NCBI GenBank assembly: GCA_025786725.1 | Contig: JAHLTZ010000005.1 | Location: 62,001-126,000, forward strand | DNA length: 64,000 bases | DNA from: Syncephalis fuscata S228 | Taxonomy: Eukaryota; Fungi; Zoopagomycota | Direction: 5' to 3' | Part shown: one piece after another, positions 1-12,884 of the stretch | How the letters are laid out: each line of letters starts with the position of its first letter | Position numbering within the stretch: the first letter of the stretch is position 1 | Translations under genes and position numbers: made by a program | The notes under the pieces: generated by a model | Database searches by the model: none | What the model saw: only the letters and a program-made list of their open reading frames with translations | Told to the model about the DNA's origin: nothing

Positions 1-41
1 TTGAACACAAAAACAATTATAGGCATAATAACAGTAAAATT
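1..41 (+). repeat. End of a dispersed duplication (40/41 nt identical to 24667-24707); probably continues left of the window
   Basis: ttgaacacaaaaacaattataggcata[a/g]taacagtaaaatt at both positions, then abrupt divergence. Confidence 0.8.
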
Positions 42-1141
42 TTAGGTAGTGCGATCTTTGTTTTGCTGTAATTAGCAATACTTTATAGCAAATAACAATC
101 GCTTAGTTTTCAGTACTACAATTTTATAATCAATATTACTACAGCTTCTTTGATAAGACTTTTACAAATGAATAAGCAGAACAAAAATTTAATAAACTTT
201 TAGCCAAGTAACAATAATAATTAAATGTATACAATAATTTTAATTCAAGTACGCTACTATTAAAAGATTGGCACAGTATATTTGACTAAACAATTCTGGT
301 AATTGTCCTAACCAAAATTGAAACAAAAAGTAAACTGTGATTTTTGTTGTCAAAGTTTGATAATAACTCTATATGACAACAGTTTTCTTAGCAACTATAC
401 CTCGCAATAAATTCATAAATAATTATCTATTTATTTGTGTGTTTAACCGTATTATTTGACTGAGCAAGATGCTTTTAAGTTAATTAAATTTTTATTAATT
501 TTGTGATATGCCAAGTATTACGATATTAGTTAGAAACAGCTAAGTTCTGCCAATTAAACGATCTTGCAGCTGTAACAATACTATTAAATATTATTAAAAA
601 TTACTGTCGTTGCTGTTTCATTTATTTCCGGCCTTGATAAACTTCAGCCTGGCACTAAAGAATTTATATTAATACTTAAAAACAATATAGCATTAAAACA
701 AACTATTTTTAATTCGATGTTAGTTTGCGTCAAATAGTAAACAAAACTAACTAGTGTGTTAATTAGAGTAGTATTATTTATGCAACAAGTTTGACTACTA
801 ATAATATCAAATACACCACCTGTATTTTCACTAAATAGTATATAATTTCTTATTTAATTTACTAAAAAAGTAATATGCACTTTTTTAAAATTGGTTTACT
901 AGCAAGCAAATAGATATAAAGTATTATACCTTTATTAGTATGCTTTTATTGTTAGTATAAAATCTAAAGTATGGATAGCTACCTGCTTATAATAAACCAA
1001 AAAAATGTTTGATATTTAAATATTTACGCATAAGACAATATATGATTTAAATTTAGATATAATTGATAAAAGTCAGACTTGAGCGCACATAATATTTCTG
1101 TGTACATCTTCAGCGTCAGGCATCATAAAATTATGTAGTGT

Positions 1142-1405
1142 GAGGCCTTACTAACGTCACACGTTAAAGCAACAATGCTTAATTAATCAGGCCTTGAATA
1201 TGGCCTATTCAGCAGTTAACAAGTTATTTAAAGCATAAAAATAATTAATACGGGGTAGTAACAGGTCGCATGTACAACCTATTACCAGTATGTTCGCCAA
1301 CTATGTTTATATTTCATTGTATTACAAACTCAGGTCTATACCTTGTAGATGCAATACCTATTATAAAAGCCGTTCATGTTCATGTATTTTTGTAAAGAGC
1401 TATAG
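1142..1405 (+). promoter_or_regulatory. Fungalysin-1 promoter: TATA box (1362-1368) and GAGGCCTTAYTAA motif (1142-1154) conserved with the fungalysin-2 promoter
   Basis: TATAAAAGCCGT...GTATTTTTGTAAA lies ~190-200 nt upstream of both ATGs (1362 +; 18340 -). GAGGCCTTACTAA (1142) and GAGGCCTTATTAA (18535-18523, minus) lie ~400 nt upstream of each ATG. Confidence 0.55.
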
Positions 1406-1552
1406 TCACACACCATTAATCCTACGCTCAATAACTTACTAATTACGCGATTCATCTGCGATATTCTACTCACGCCTAGTACTATCATATAATTATTCTC
1501 TGTTTTATTTATCTAATCTACGTATTACAGCACTTTGCTTTCCATCATCGAC

Positions 1553-3531
1553 ATGCACATCGATCTACGTATTGCTTCATTGATCCTGGCATTTGTCGGC
1601 GCCGTTTCATGTGCCAACCAACGAATTGAGGTTGACTCTATCATTCCTAAGATTAACGTTGATTCTGCAGTCCGCGCTTTATCTTCCGATCTAAGCAAAT
1701 ACAAGCTGCCAGCGTCATCAGCGCCTCACAATGCGCAAGAAATCGCACTGGAGTTTGCTCGTTCTCGGCTTCACATCAAGGATGGCGACTTTATTGTGAC
1801 CACCTCGCACAAATCCAAGATCAGCGGTACCACCCATGTCTACCTTCAACAAACCATCAAAGGCATTAACGTCTCCAATGGTGTCATGGGTGTTCATGTC
1901 GACAAAGCAAACAAGATCATTGCTTATGATAGCAGCTTTTTTAAAAGCAATACGGTTGGCCAAAACACTACAAGCAAACTGGCGACACGATCGCTTAAGA
2001 CATGGGACGGTCAAACTGCCGGATTTGTTTCTCCTATTGATGCATTGCGTACATTTGCCACGCACATCAAACAGCCATTTGATGCCAGCAAAATCCAGCT
2101 TATACCGCAGCCTAAATCCACAGGCAATGGCCAGTCATATCTGCTTAAAAATGTCGAATTTACCACGTCTGCAGTAAAAGTGTCACAATCATACATTCAA
2201 ACAAGTGCCAGTGAAGCGGTGCCTGCTTGGGAATTTACAATCGAGATGCCACTCAACTATTTTTTAGTTCATATTTCGGCTGATGGCACCAAAATACTTG
2301 CATTGAAGGATTTGATGACTTTTGCCAGCTACAATGTTGTTAAAATTGGCGACAATAATCCTATTGATACGCCACGCCAGATTATTACGGATCCAGCCGA
2401 CAAGATTGCATCACCAAATGGCTGGCACACACAGGGAAACAAGAATTTCACCACTACAGTTGGTAACAATGTATTTGCTCAGGCCAATTATGTTGTTACA
2501 AGTACAAACGGTGACCGCGTTGATGATGACGAATTTAAATGGAAGGACAGTCCTCGTCCAGATGGTGGAAAGGATCTAAACTTTGATTTTGCATACGATG
2601 CTAAGAAAGATCCAAAAGGTAACATCGATGCAGCTGTTACAAATTTATTTTATATCAACAATATTATGCATGATGTTTTTTATCAATATGGTTTTGATGA
2701 ACCCGCCGGCAACTTTCAGGAAGATAATGGCAACAAAGGTGGTAAGGGCGGCGACGCCGTAGCTGCTCATGAATTAGATGGCTATGACTTTCCAGGTTAT
2801 CGGGATAATGCTTTTTTTCTAGCTCTAGCGGACGGTGAGCGATCAACCATGGGTGTATTTGGCTTTGACTTTATCAGCCCAGGCCGTAACGGTGCCCTTC
2901 AAAACGACATTATGGTACACGAATATGGTCATGGCGTATCTGGTCGATTAACTGGTGGCTCAGCAAAGCCGACTGCTTATCTGCATTCGAATCTAGAGGC
3001 ATGAACGAAGGTTGGAGCGATTTTTTCGCTTACTGGTTTCAAATGAAAGCATCCCATCAATCTACTTATGACGTCGAGACTGGCAAATACGTATTAGACG
3101 AGAATGCTCGCAACTACCCATATTCAACTAATTTCACTACAAATCCTGAAACCTTTAATGATTTAAATGACATAGTTTGGACCAGAAACCCACACAATAT
3201 TGGCGAAATTTGGGCCACAATGCTATACGAAGTCTATTGGAATCTTGTTAATAAGCTTGGATTCCAAGAAAATATATACACTCCCGATCTTACCAAAGGC
3301 AACACTCTTTTACTTCAAGTTGTTGTTGATGGTATGAAATTACAACCATGTAATCCAACGTTTGTTCAAGCTCGAGATGCCATCATTCAAGCCGAAAATC
3401 AATTGACCGGTGGTAAGCACGCCTGTGAAATCTGGCGCGGATTTGCCAAACGAGGTCTTGGCTATAATGCCACTATTAAAGAAAGCATTAGAGTATCAGA
3501 CATTAGCTTACCGCCCACTTGTAAGCCGTAG
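1553..3531 (+). CDS. Fungalysin (M36) extracellular zinc metallopeptidase, copy 1; intronless, one apparent 1-nt deletion near 2965
   Basis: Signal peptide MHIDLRIASLILAFVGAVSC; FTP-like propeptide (SGTTHVYLQQTIKGINVSNG); ASPNGWH, TTTVGNNVFAQ, YGFDEPAGNFQ; zinc motif HEYGH (2918-2932) and third ligand in EGWSD; C-terminal DGMKLQPCNPTFVQARDAIIQA and CEIWRGFAKRGLG. Adding one A joins ORFs 1535-3004 and 3001-3531 as ...AKADCLSAFESRGMNEGWSD. Confidence 0.93.
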
Positions 3532-4095
3532 ACATACAATCGCGTAGTAATACACAAATAGAGTGTTGAACTAAAATAAATTAATATTTAACATTGCTAA
3601 AATCTTATATTATTAAACAAAATCCAAGCTAATTAGTTGCGAATGCTGTATTTGAGTATTTTAAATTTAGCGTATCAATAACCACTTTGTAAATATCGTG
3701 TCAATATTTACTGATGATCATTAAAGATTGTTCAATTATCGTTTCAGGATGCTTTATAACAGCAAATAGACATGATGGCCGACTGTCCATCTAATTTATT
3801 TGTTAACTATAACACATGCCACTGATTTTCTGCTACATACATTATTTAGTTTGTGCCATACTATTAGATATAATGTACTTTTTTGGTAGTTAGTCAGAAA
3901 TAAAACTTTTCTTGCAAATATTAATAAACCACAATTGAGTATATTTAATACAACTACATTCACGCCATCTACTTTAACAGTAAGATTAGTGGTTTATTTA
4001 ATCAATTATTTTATTGATTCCTGCTGCTGTTATTGCACTGATATTTTGTTAGTTTTTATTTCATTTTTACTTTTAAAACTAAAAGAATATGATTT
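1553..4095. repeat. Inverted duplication partner of 15607-18137 (fungalysin gene plus ~560 bp 3' flank)
   Basis: 3' flank 3505-4085 is almost identical to the reverse complement of ~15617-16205; coding regions are clearly homologous. Confidence 0.9.
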
Positions 4096-4265
4096 ATTAG
4101 TAAAATAACATAAGCAGAGATAAATAATATATTGATTAAATAAACTACTAATGTTATTGTTAAAATGAACAGCGTAGATGCAATTGTATCAAATATAACT
4201 AATTATAATTTGTTAATAGCTTGCAAGAAAGAAATGTGATTCTTATTTAATTAATATGCCGCACT

Positions 4266-4290
4266 TATATATATATATATATATATATAT
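4266..4290. repeat. (TA)n microsatellite
   Basis: About 12 consecutive TA units. Confidence 0.9.
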
Positions 4291-4536
4291 CAACAACCAA
4301 ATTATTCAGTGGTATTTATTTTTAGCATTTAATAATAAGCGTTAAGATAGTTTTATTTGCAAAGTCGAACGACAATTGAGCATGCCTCAACAGTCTTTTT
4401 ATAAATTTAGTTGGTTAATTGAAACAACGGGTTGCCTTTGTTCCACTTTACGAATGATTATTATTTTCATTAAGAACCAGTAATAAAACCTTTTTCTCTG
4501 TTATTAGTAGTATTATTGTTATTTTATTTTGCATAT

Positions 4537-5975
4537 ATGGAGCTGGGCTAGAACGTATTACAGCCTTACTTGCGGCGCTTGAACAACCACAGCGTAGCGT
4601 ACCGTTTATTCATGTAGCAGGCACGAATGGAAAAGGGTCTACCTCGGCATTTTTGTCGGCAATTTATCGACAAGCCGGCCTACATGTAGGCGTCTTTTCT
4701 TCGCCACACTTTCTTCACCCACGCGACGCTATTCGTGTTGACGGCTACGCCCTTTCACTCGAAGCGTGGCAGCAGTGGAGGAGTAGTGTCGATGACGCTG
4801 CTAACACATTAGACGCACCACCTACCGAATTTGAACGGGAAACGGCCGCTGCTTGGCTTGTATTCCGCGAAGCCCGAGTCGATATCGCAATTATTGAATG
4901 TGGTCTAGGCGGTCGTCTTGACGCGACAAATGCTGGCGACCCAAAATGCACGCCCAAACTTGCTAGTGTCATAACAGCAATTGGGCTTGATCATCAGCGA
5001 CTACTAGGCGACACGACCGAGGCCATTGCATCTGAGAAAGCTGGCATATTTTTGCCACATCACCTAGTCGTGCTTGCCTTTCAATCAGATACAGCCGCCA
5101 ATCGTACACTGATTCGCACAGCCAAGCAACTAAACTGTAAAGTAAGTAATAACTACAAAGTCGTTTAAATAATAATAATTTTATTACAGTTAATACACGA
5201 CACTACTGCTGCCACTTGGAATGGACCACCCATCAATGGCAATGTACTTGTAATGCGTTCAGCGAACGAATCTTTAAACATAAATCCAGGTCTTGTTGGT
5301 GATAGTCAGCTAGTTAATTTAGCAACAGCCATTGCAACTGTGGATGCACTAAAAACTGAATTAAATAATAATGATCAAAGCTTATCTAAACAGCTGATAG
5401 ACAAATTGTCTAGCATTACTGACCAAGATATTGTTAAAGGTGCTAGCAATACGCGATGGCCCTGGAGACTTGAATGGTTAACGGTACCGCCACACTTACT
5501 TCCTTCAGTCACAGCTCAACAATCTATACGTTTACTAGTTGACGGTGCACATAATCCAGATGCCGCTCGATTACTACGACGCTATGTAGATATCCAGCTT
5601 TCATCATCAACATCATCGTCGTCATCCAATCGACATGTTTACTGGATAATAGGTATGGGCGCAGATAAGGATCTACCTAGTGTACTCGGTGAACTTGTAC
5701 ATCCTGGAGATCGAGTATGCGCTGTACCATTTACGCAACCTATTGCTATGCCATGGGTCAAATGTCGTTCACCTACTGATATAGCAGCAATAGCAGCAGC
5801 TACTCTTCAATCAACATCCACATCGATTGTATCTATGCCTGATGTAAAAACAGCTTTACATCATTTTCTGGCTGAATTGGATTATAATGACTGGCTACTT
5901 GTTGTATGTGGCTCGCTATATTTAGCAGCTGATGTTTATCGTTTATTTGAGCGGACAGTTGACCACTTTGAGTGA
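4537..5975 (+). CDS. FOL3: Dihydrofolate synthetase / folylpolyglutamate synthase (FolC family, Fol3-like); exons 4537-5141, 5190-5975; apparent 1-nt deletion near 4546
   Basis: Restored N-terminus [36 protein letters not shown] (P-loop); FSSPH, TEFE, ECGLGGRLDATN, IGLDHQRLLGDT..IASEKAGI, DGAHNP, CGSLYL; 48-nt GT-AG intron keeps frame. Confidence 0.88.
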
Positions 5976-6175
5976 GACAAATCTACTTATTAGAGCTTAA
6001 ATAAACCATGAATCTGAAACCTATGGTCTCATAGATATACTAACTGAATCCGACAACGGCCTAAGTATTGTTCGTTTTGCTTTTACTTCTTTTCTTCTAA
6101 ATATACGCACATCTTTTTTATTCTGCTAAAATACAAACAATTATTCCAGTATTTTATTACAATAGTTTTTAGAAA

Positions 6176-7242
6176 ATGAAATCTGCCAATATACGCCGAC
6201 GTTCTTCGGAACTGTACCAACATGATTTATGTAGAGCGGAAACTCAGGTAAGTTAACACAATTAGTAATAATAATAATTTAGTTATAATATATATAATGT
6301 AGCATGCCACGTTTCCAGAACCACAAGAGGGACCTAAACCAATTCGACTATGGTGTTCCAGTGGTGCTACAGAAGATGAAGATGATAATGATACAAATAA
6401 GTCGATAGAACAAGACCAAATGCCATCAGCGACCATGCTACGTGAGCGTAAATTACAGCGTCACACTAGTATGCCCGCATCTACCGATGATAAAAACTAC
6501 AGGTGTAGAGCACGTCGCCCGTCAATCTCTCAGGTATTTTAGCAACAATGATAACAATACATTATTTAGTGTCTTATAATAACTCCGTATTACTATTGCT
6601 TATTTATAATTTTTGTTAATGTATCGTCAGTCAATCGATTACGTGGTCGCTGGCCTTAACGAAACGTATCCACAACATTTACTTGCTCCTTATCATATTG
6701 AACCAGCATTCTGGAAGCGGTTTATCCAAGCAATGAACGCGGCACTTTCAGAATTCCCTGCGTGGAAAAACCCACAAGAACTAACGGCTGGTCGACAACG
6801 CCGCCGCTTCTCGTTTGACGCAACAATGTCGGCTGCTTCAGCTGCTCGATCCGTTTGGTGGACGGACGATACTTGCGGGGCGAGTGGGCGTGATCGAGCT
6901 GAAAAGGTGTTACGCTGGTGGAATGAAGATTATTTTAAGCAAAAAGGTTGCTGGATAACGCTTGGATTTCATCGAGATGATATGCCAACAACAGCGACCA
7001 ATAATACTACCACAGCCAGCGACCAAAATAACAATCAAAGTGTTTGTAAAACAGCATCAACACAGTTTATGGATTATGATTATATGAAGCAACGACAACA
7101 AATGGAGTCCAAGTCAACACAACAACCAGTCATTTTATCTGTATCGCCCTCTCCAGTTTCCAACGCCAATTATGACAAAGGATGCGATAACATTAATGGT
7201 AACTCAACTCTTAAGCCATTTCTTACTATCCATCCTATATAG
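6176..7242 (+). CDS. Hypothetical protein, possible Erf4/Golgin A7-like domain; exons 6176-6247, 6303-6533, 6631-7242
   Basis: Two phase-0 GT-AG introns give a continuous ORF. YPQHLLAPYHIEPAFWKRFIQAMN...AEKVLRWWNEDYFKQKG resembles the Erf4-type pattern (domain call is tentative). Confidence 0.55.
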
Positions 7243-7922
7243 CTTACTGTAAATACACATACACCAATCTGCTAGTTTGATCTTCACGTATACATCAATC
7301 ATCGACGAATGCAAATGTGCCATAATTTGCATTAAAGTATTCTTATCTTTAAACACAATAAATCTTACTATTAATCTATTACTTAATATAATGATATCAT
7401 GGGTATTTGCGATAATTATTAACTTGTAAATATACATATATCTCACTACACTTTTATGTTTACGTACAACATATATTATGATTTGGACAAACAGACATGA
7501 TGCTGCCTAGTATTTTAGTTGGTTTACACTTACAACTTCGATTTGCCAAATCTAATCAGCATAATAAAATAAATGAATTTATTGCAATTTTTAAACAGTC
7601 TTTTAATACTATACAATATCTTGTAGATTTGCCCACATTATGGGCAGTTAGTCCGATATAGTACAATTACAAATCATACTGAACACAAAAAAATACATAG
7701 CATTCCAAACACTTATTAATTCAACGCCATATTGTGTCATCGGTTTACAATTGTTGATTAAATAAATTGCATTACTAAAATTATAATTGAATTACAAAAG
7801 CATTTAATTTTATTTTCAGTAAATGTATGATATATAAAAAGTGCAAAATAATAATTAAATATTTGGTGTAATAACATAGTAGCTTCACGCTGGTACAATA
7901 AATATACAATTGAATCGTATTT

Positions 7923-9126
7923 TGTGAACCGCTCATATATTTCATTAACAATGTTTTCAGTGATGCTATTATCATATTTAGTAATGATAAATCATTAAAT
8001 TTTCCACGCTAAATAGTTGTAACTGCTCGCTTTTTAATCATATTCTAGATGTCATTTTCATTGAAATTAAAAACAGTTATTTATTTAATAGGTTCTTATT
8101 ATCAATAAAGAGTATCTGAATTTATTTAACTCATATTTTTACGCACTTTATATGACTGTAATTGTTTTTTACTTTTATGATATCATTATAATTCATTACA
8201 ATTGCATTGCGCTATAGTATAAATAATGTTTTAGTGATATTTAGATATGAAGATTGCACCACACAATAATCATTGCTATCAAATATCCTATTATTAATGT
8301 GTCGATATTTACTTTTTATAGCCGTGTAGCTATGAAAATAGTCTGTAATACTTTAATAAGCAATGTACAATGCTTTTAGCACATTTATGCATCACATTTT
8401 TGTTTATGCTTTATATTATAATAATGGGCTTTATTTAACATGGCGGCTTGTATCAATATTCACTGGTATAGCACTAATCAGCACAACATAACCATCTTTA
8501 TGGCAATGAGCCATGTATTAAATAATTTAAAATCTTGTCTAGTTTTACCGGCAATTTATAGCATTTTATACAATTTCAATATACACATGCGTACACATAC
8601 TATTTATAGACCAAATAATAGCAATATCCATTCATTGATAGCCATACAATCGTGTAACCATTGAATATTGCAAATAGAATAAAGCAACTTGCATTTGAGC
8701 ATGCTCTTTTCTGTCTACTCGCACCTACTATTGCCCATTCTGCCTATTATTTATCACTTTTTGCACAGTTATTTCTAGTCAGCTATGCCTTTAAACACTT
8801 ATATTGAACGTCTATAGCAAAACTGTGATATTTTATTGTATCTATGCCAATTCATGAATGGCAAAGAAATTATACTTTTTGCCATCAGTTGTCGATTTAT
8901 TCACCAGACAATAGCTGATAGACCGGAGTGTTGGGAGCGACAGTATAAAAAACATTTTCATTAGGTGATCGGCGTGAACAAAAATGGCTTGCATGGTACA
9001 ACTGGTACATTGGTACTGCAACAAAATCCAAAGAATTGATGGCCAATGTAAATACGACAAAATAAGAACATTTATTATCATCTATCATTACAAACATTGA
9101 TGACACTAATAATGAATATGTTTTAT
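7923..9126 (+). repeat. ~1.2-kb direct duplication of 43392-44596
   Basis: Near-identical from tgtgaaccgctcatatat to aatgaatatgttttat; identical 74-aa spurious ORFs at 8440 and 43910. Confidence 0.95.
8785..9126 (+). pseudogene. 5'-truncated copy (first ~340 nt only) of the F-box family pseudogene
   Basis: ATG CCT TTA AAC... reads MPLNTYIERL*QNCDILLYLCQFMNGKE, homologous to MSLDTCSGRLWQHYDILLHLCRFMGDKE at 47266; in-frame TAG at 8815; homology ends at 9126. Confidence 0.8.
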
Positions 9127-9484
9127 AACATTTGTTTATTCATATTTAGTTCAACTTTGCATTTAATTACATATAATAAACTAGAAAAATACTTTTTAAA
9201 TTCGTAAATAATACTATATTATCACTATTATTAATATCATTATCATCATCATAGTAGTAATAATAGTAGTGATACTATAGTGTGATACTAATGTATGTCC
9301 TACAAAATGCAAGAATAGAGAAATGTAGCGAAAAAGCAAGGCAAAGAAAGAAAGCTGTTGTTGTAAGAGACAGTCAAGAAGATATGAAACAAAAATAGAC
9401 AACAACATCACACAGATAGAAACATAGAAAAGAAATAAAAATACAAGTGTTTGTGCGACATGCATCAATCAGCTAATAGTAACA

Positions 9485-12400
9485 CTAATGCTCTACTGAA
9501 TGCTCCATAGCATATGACTGCTCATCAGGAAGTGGGGATGATGAGGAAGCTGCAGCCGTATTTGTGTTGTTCTCACATAATCGATCCAGACCAGATAGCA
9601 TAGTATTTGTCTGTTCAAGCAACGATTGTAAACGATAGGCCTCTTCACGTAGCGCATTTCTATGCTGTCGCAACATATCTGGTGTGAATCCAGCAGCAGC
9701 AGCCGTCACACCCATCTCGGCAACAGAACTACCGGGTCTACCTGGTTGATTGGCTTTACGTAAAGCTGCTAAGGCTTCACTGGCCGTTAAGGACTCCATT
9801 CGCTGTTGGTGTTCACGATGTGCCGATAAGACTGGTTCGGCCAATGATGGCGGCGAAGAAGCAGGTGATGCTAAGCAGGCCATCCAGACGCCGCTTGAGC
9901 TGTATCATAAGTAGCAGTGGGTGTCGTTGCCGCCACATTAGTGGAGTGTGATACCGGTGTAGCATGGTCCAATAGCTCTGATCTGGCTGGCGCCTCTTTA
10001 GCTGTCGTCGCTGCTGCTACGGTAGCTGCCGCAATGGCCGCCGTATGTGTTTTATTGTTTATGGCTGGCTCATTATTATTACTATTACTGCTGCTGCTGC
10101 CATTGCCATTGTTAAGCAGAGAAGCGATAGAATTGACACGAGGACGTGCAGCAGTAGCAGCTAATATGGATGGCGATATCGAGTTAGCCGTGGTCGTTGA
10201 TGGCTGTGTAGTCTCTGGTGACATTCTACAAGCAATAGATGCGGCAGCAGCGGCCAATGAGGCCAATGGCGAATGTATATACGCCGATGACGTATTGGAG
10301 AGAATGAGTTTGACAGCTCCATTGGAGCAGATATTTCAACGGCTGGTGGATGTTTAGCATGCCATGAAGTAGATGCCATGTTGGTTGAAGCTTCTTTTTC
10401 TTCCAAGCTTTCTGGTGAGCGAACCGATGATTCTTGCTCATAAGATAGCGTGGGTGGAGCAAATGGCGATGAAGCCGGACCTAATGGCGGTGTAGGCATA
10501 GCTGCCATATGCGATAAATGAGCTGCCAAAGGAGGCAATCTTAAATGATGATGCTGTTGCTGTTGTGATGTATAGGCGGATGAAGAAGCGGAATAGGGGC
10601 TAGATGAATCACGAGCAGTGGCATTATAGTGCTGATTAAACGTAGCTGGTGGCTGATCCATATTAGGCGATGATGAGGTCGAAGTAGTCGTGTTTGTAGA
10701 GATTTGAGAAGTATCCATTGGATAATGATGTGCGCTTAAAGAATGCGATGGATGATTAGACATTGGCATCGACAATGGCACACGCTTAGGAACAATGTAA
10801 TCTTCAATAGCCGGCACACGTAAAGGTGAAAAGGACGATGGCGGTTGAGATATCGACGGCAAGTGATGGCGATGATGATGATGCTGATTGTTCGGTAAGT
10901 GTTCGTCGTATGACACTTCAATTCTACGCATACGTTTTGCTTGATGTAGTCCCTCATCGTTACCATTAGTACTAGTGCTGTTAATACTACGGTTCATGGC
11001 AGTAGGTGACAGTGACATCGCCTTAATAGCTGGCACCAATAAAGGCGGGTCTCTGTGTGGTAGACTATGAATCGGCGTGGCAGTAATAGGCTGCGGGTGA
11101 TGTCCATGGGCTAGACCAGGCATAATGGCACTATTAGTGCCTGCCACATGAGCATGAGCATGAGCATGAGCATGAGCATGGTTCAAAGTACCAATACGTC
11201 TACGTCGTTTAATAACTGATCGACGCATCGTGGTTGGACGGTGTATGCCGTGTAATTTGTAATAAAGACCACAAGCATTACAAATAACATTGCCGCTAGA
11301 TCACGTCGCCATAATGGTGTAGTACTGGTACCGCAGTTAGAGCACGTCACTGTTGCTTTAACTTGATGTTGATTAAAGGCAGGACAGCCGCACAACTCTC
11401 GGCACCACCGGTACCGTCACAGTGTCCATCACCAGGACAAGTGCCTGGATCATCGGATGGCCGTTTACAGCCAATTCTTCAACATCAGTTGGCTGTACGG
11501 ATACATCGGTCATTTCTGATCCAATATTATTCATACTGGCTGGTGTATTTACCATACTTGCTGCAGTAGATAAAGCATTAGACGTAGACATCTGATTAGA
11601 CTCCATGCCTGTAATCAAATCCCTTTCAGGTGTAACACGACGTGGTGATCGTTTTAAACGAAGAGGTCGAGTGACATTACGTGCCTTTTGATACAATCCT
11701 ATTATTAATAACAACAGTTATAATCATATTATATAATTATTAATTAAACAGTTAGCAATGGTTATAATAAAATTACATATTTATATTCCCCTCCCCTCAC
11801 AGTTGATACCACTAATTAAATAACATGAAACTACTCGACTTTACAGACATTAAAGTGTATTTAATCACCACTTTCATCATTATCCACTCCATTATACTTA
11901 TATATAAATAAGAAAGTAGAGATAACCAAAAGTTACTACAACGACACGCTCGTTGTTGATAAATGTCACAGCCAAATAAATGAATAAATACTTGTTCTTT
12001 ACTTGTTGCCCAATTGTATTGTATCGCCATTCCATATTGACAATACCTACCACATGCATTGCAGATTGTTTCACCGGTGGGAGCTCGTCGCCAGAGTGGC
12101 GTGGTAGTTGTACCGCAGTTGGCACAACAGGTGGCCGATACTACCGTAGATATTGTTGATTTGGGGACAGGCGGCCGAACGGCGGCTGCTGTGGTAGACA
12201 TAAGTGCCGATTCAGCACCAAGACTATGATTTGACATATCATTGGTTGATGTAGCTAATTCCATCGTGGTATCCAACAGCAAAGTGTTTTTCATTCCCAT
12301 AGCATTATTGTTATTCAATATTATGGTATTGGATAAATTGCCGGTTGGTCCTACGGTGTCTTGCTGCTCATTATCATGAGTAGATGTTGTTACTACGGTG

Positions 12401-12513
12401 GTGGTGGCCATTGCTGTTGCTGTTGTTGCTGATACAGTGTATTCAGTGGTAGCTGTTGTTGTCGGTGTTACTGTCGGATCGGTGGATTGTAGTGTTGACA
12501 GCATAGCCGTCAT
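9485..12513 (-). CDS. sreA: Iron-responsive GATA repressor of the SreA/Fep1/Urbs1 family; intron 12050-11699; several apparent 1-nt frameshifts
   Basis: Zn finger 1 CANCGTTTTPLWRRAPTGETICNACG|LYQKARNVTRP; Cys-rich iron-sensing linker GTCPGDGHCDGTGGAESCxGCPAFN; Zn finger 2 CSNCGTSTTPLWRRDxSGNVICNACGLYYKLHGIHRPTTMRRSVIKRRRR; C-terminal coiled coil LRQHRNALREEAYRLQSLLEQT. Confidence 0.9.
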
Positions 12514-12884
12514 TATGGTAGACTCGTCGTGACACACAGTCAATTGTGTAAAAACAATACCTACAATAATGGATACACAGGGTAGCACGTGGGTGAGCAA
12601 CAAGTTGATAATAACTGGTATAGATCTACACTTTAAATCGATATATAGACAAAGGGAATAGAACAGCGAATGACTACAGTGATATGAGAGAGCGATGTAA
12701 GAATAGAATGGAATAGAAATATAGGTGGTTAGGTTCAAACAAATGGAGATGAAAAACAGGAATGGATCATGTGAACAGTATCAACTGCAGTCAATCCCAT
12801 GACTGTCTTGATCCCATCTTATTACTAACTATTACTACTATTACATTAAGGCAGACATACAAGGAAAGATCAACGTGAATGTTC

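Noticed and set aside
2960-3004. Programmed ribosomal frameshifting or a split two-gene fungalysin
   Set aside because: No shared slippery motif; the same kind of 1-nt loss occurs in unrelated essential genes, so sequencing error is simpler
8440-8664. Duplicated 74-aa ORF (also 43910-44134) as a real gene
   Set aside because: AT-rich upstream DNA within the 1.2-kb duplication; identity reflects recent copying and there are no protein-like features
9917-10357. Antisense and alternative-frame ORFs over sreA, the fungalysins, the kinase, RPE1 and others
   Set aside because: Shadows of real coding sequence on the other strand or frame
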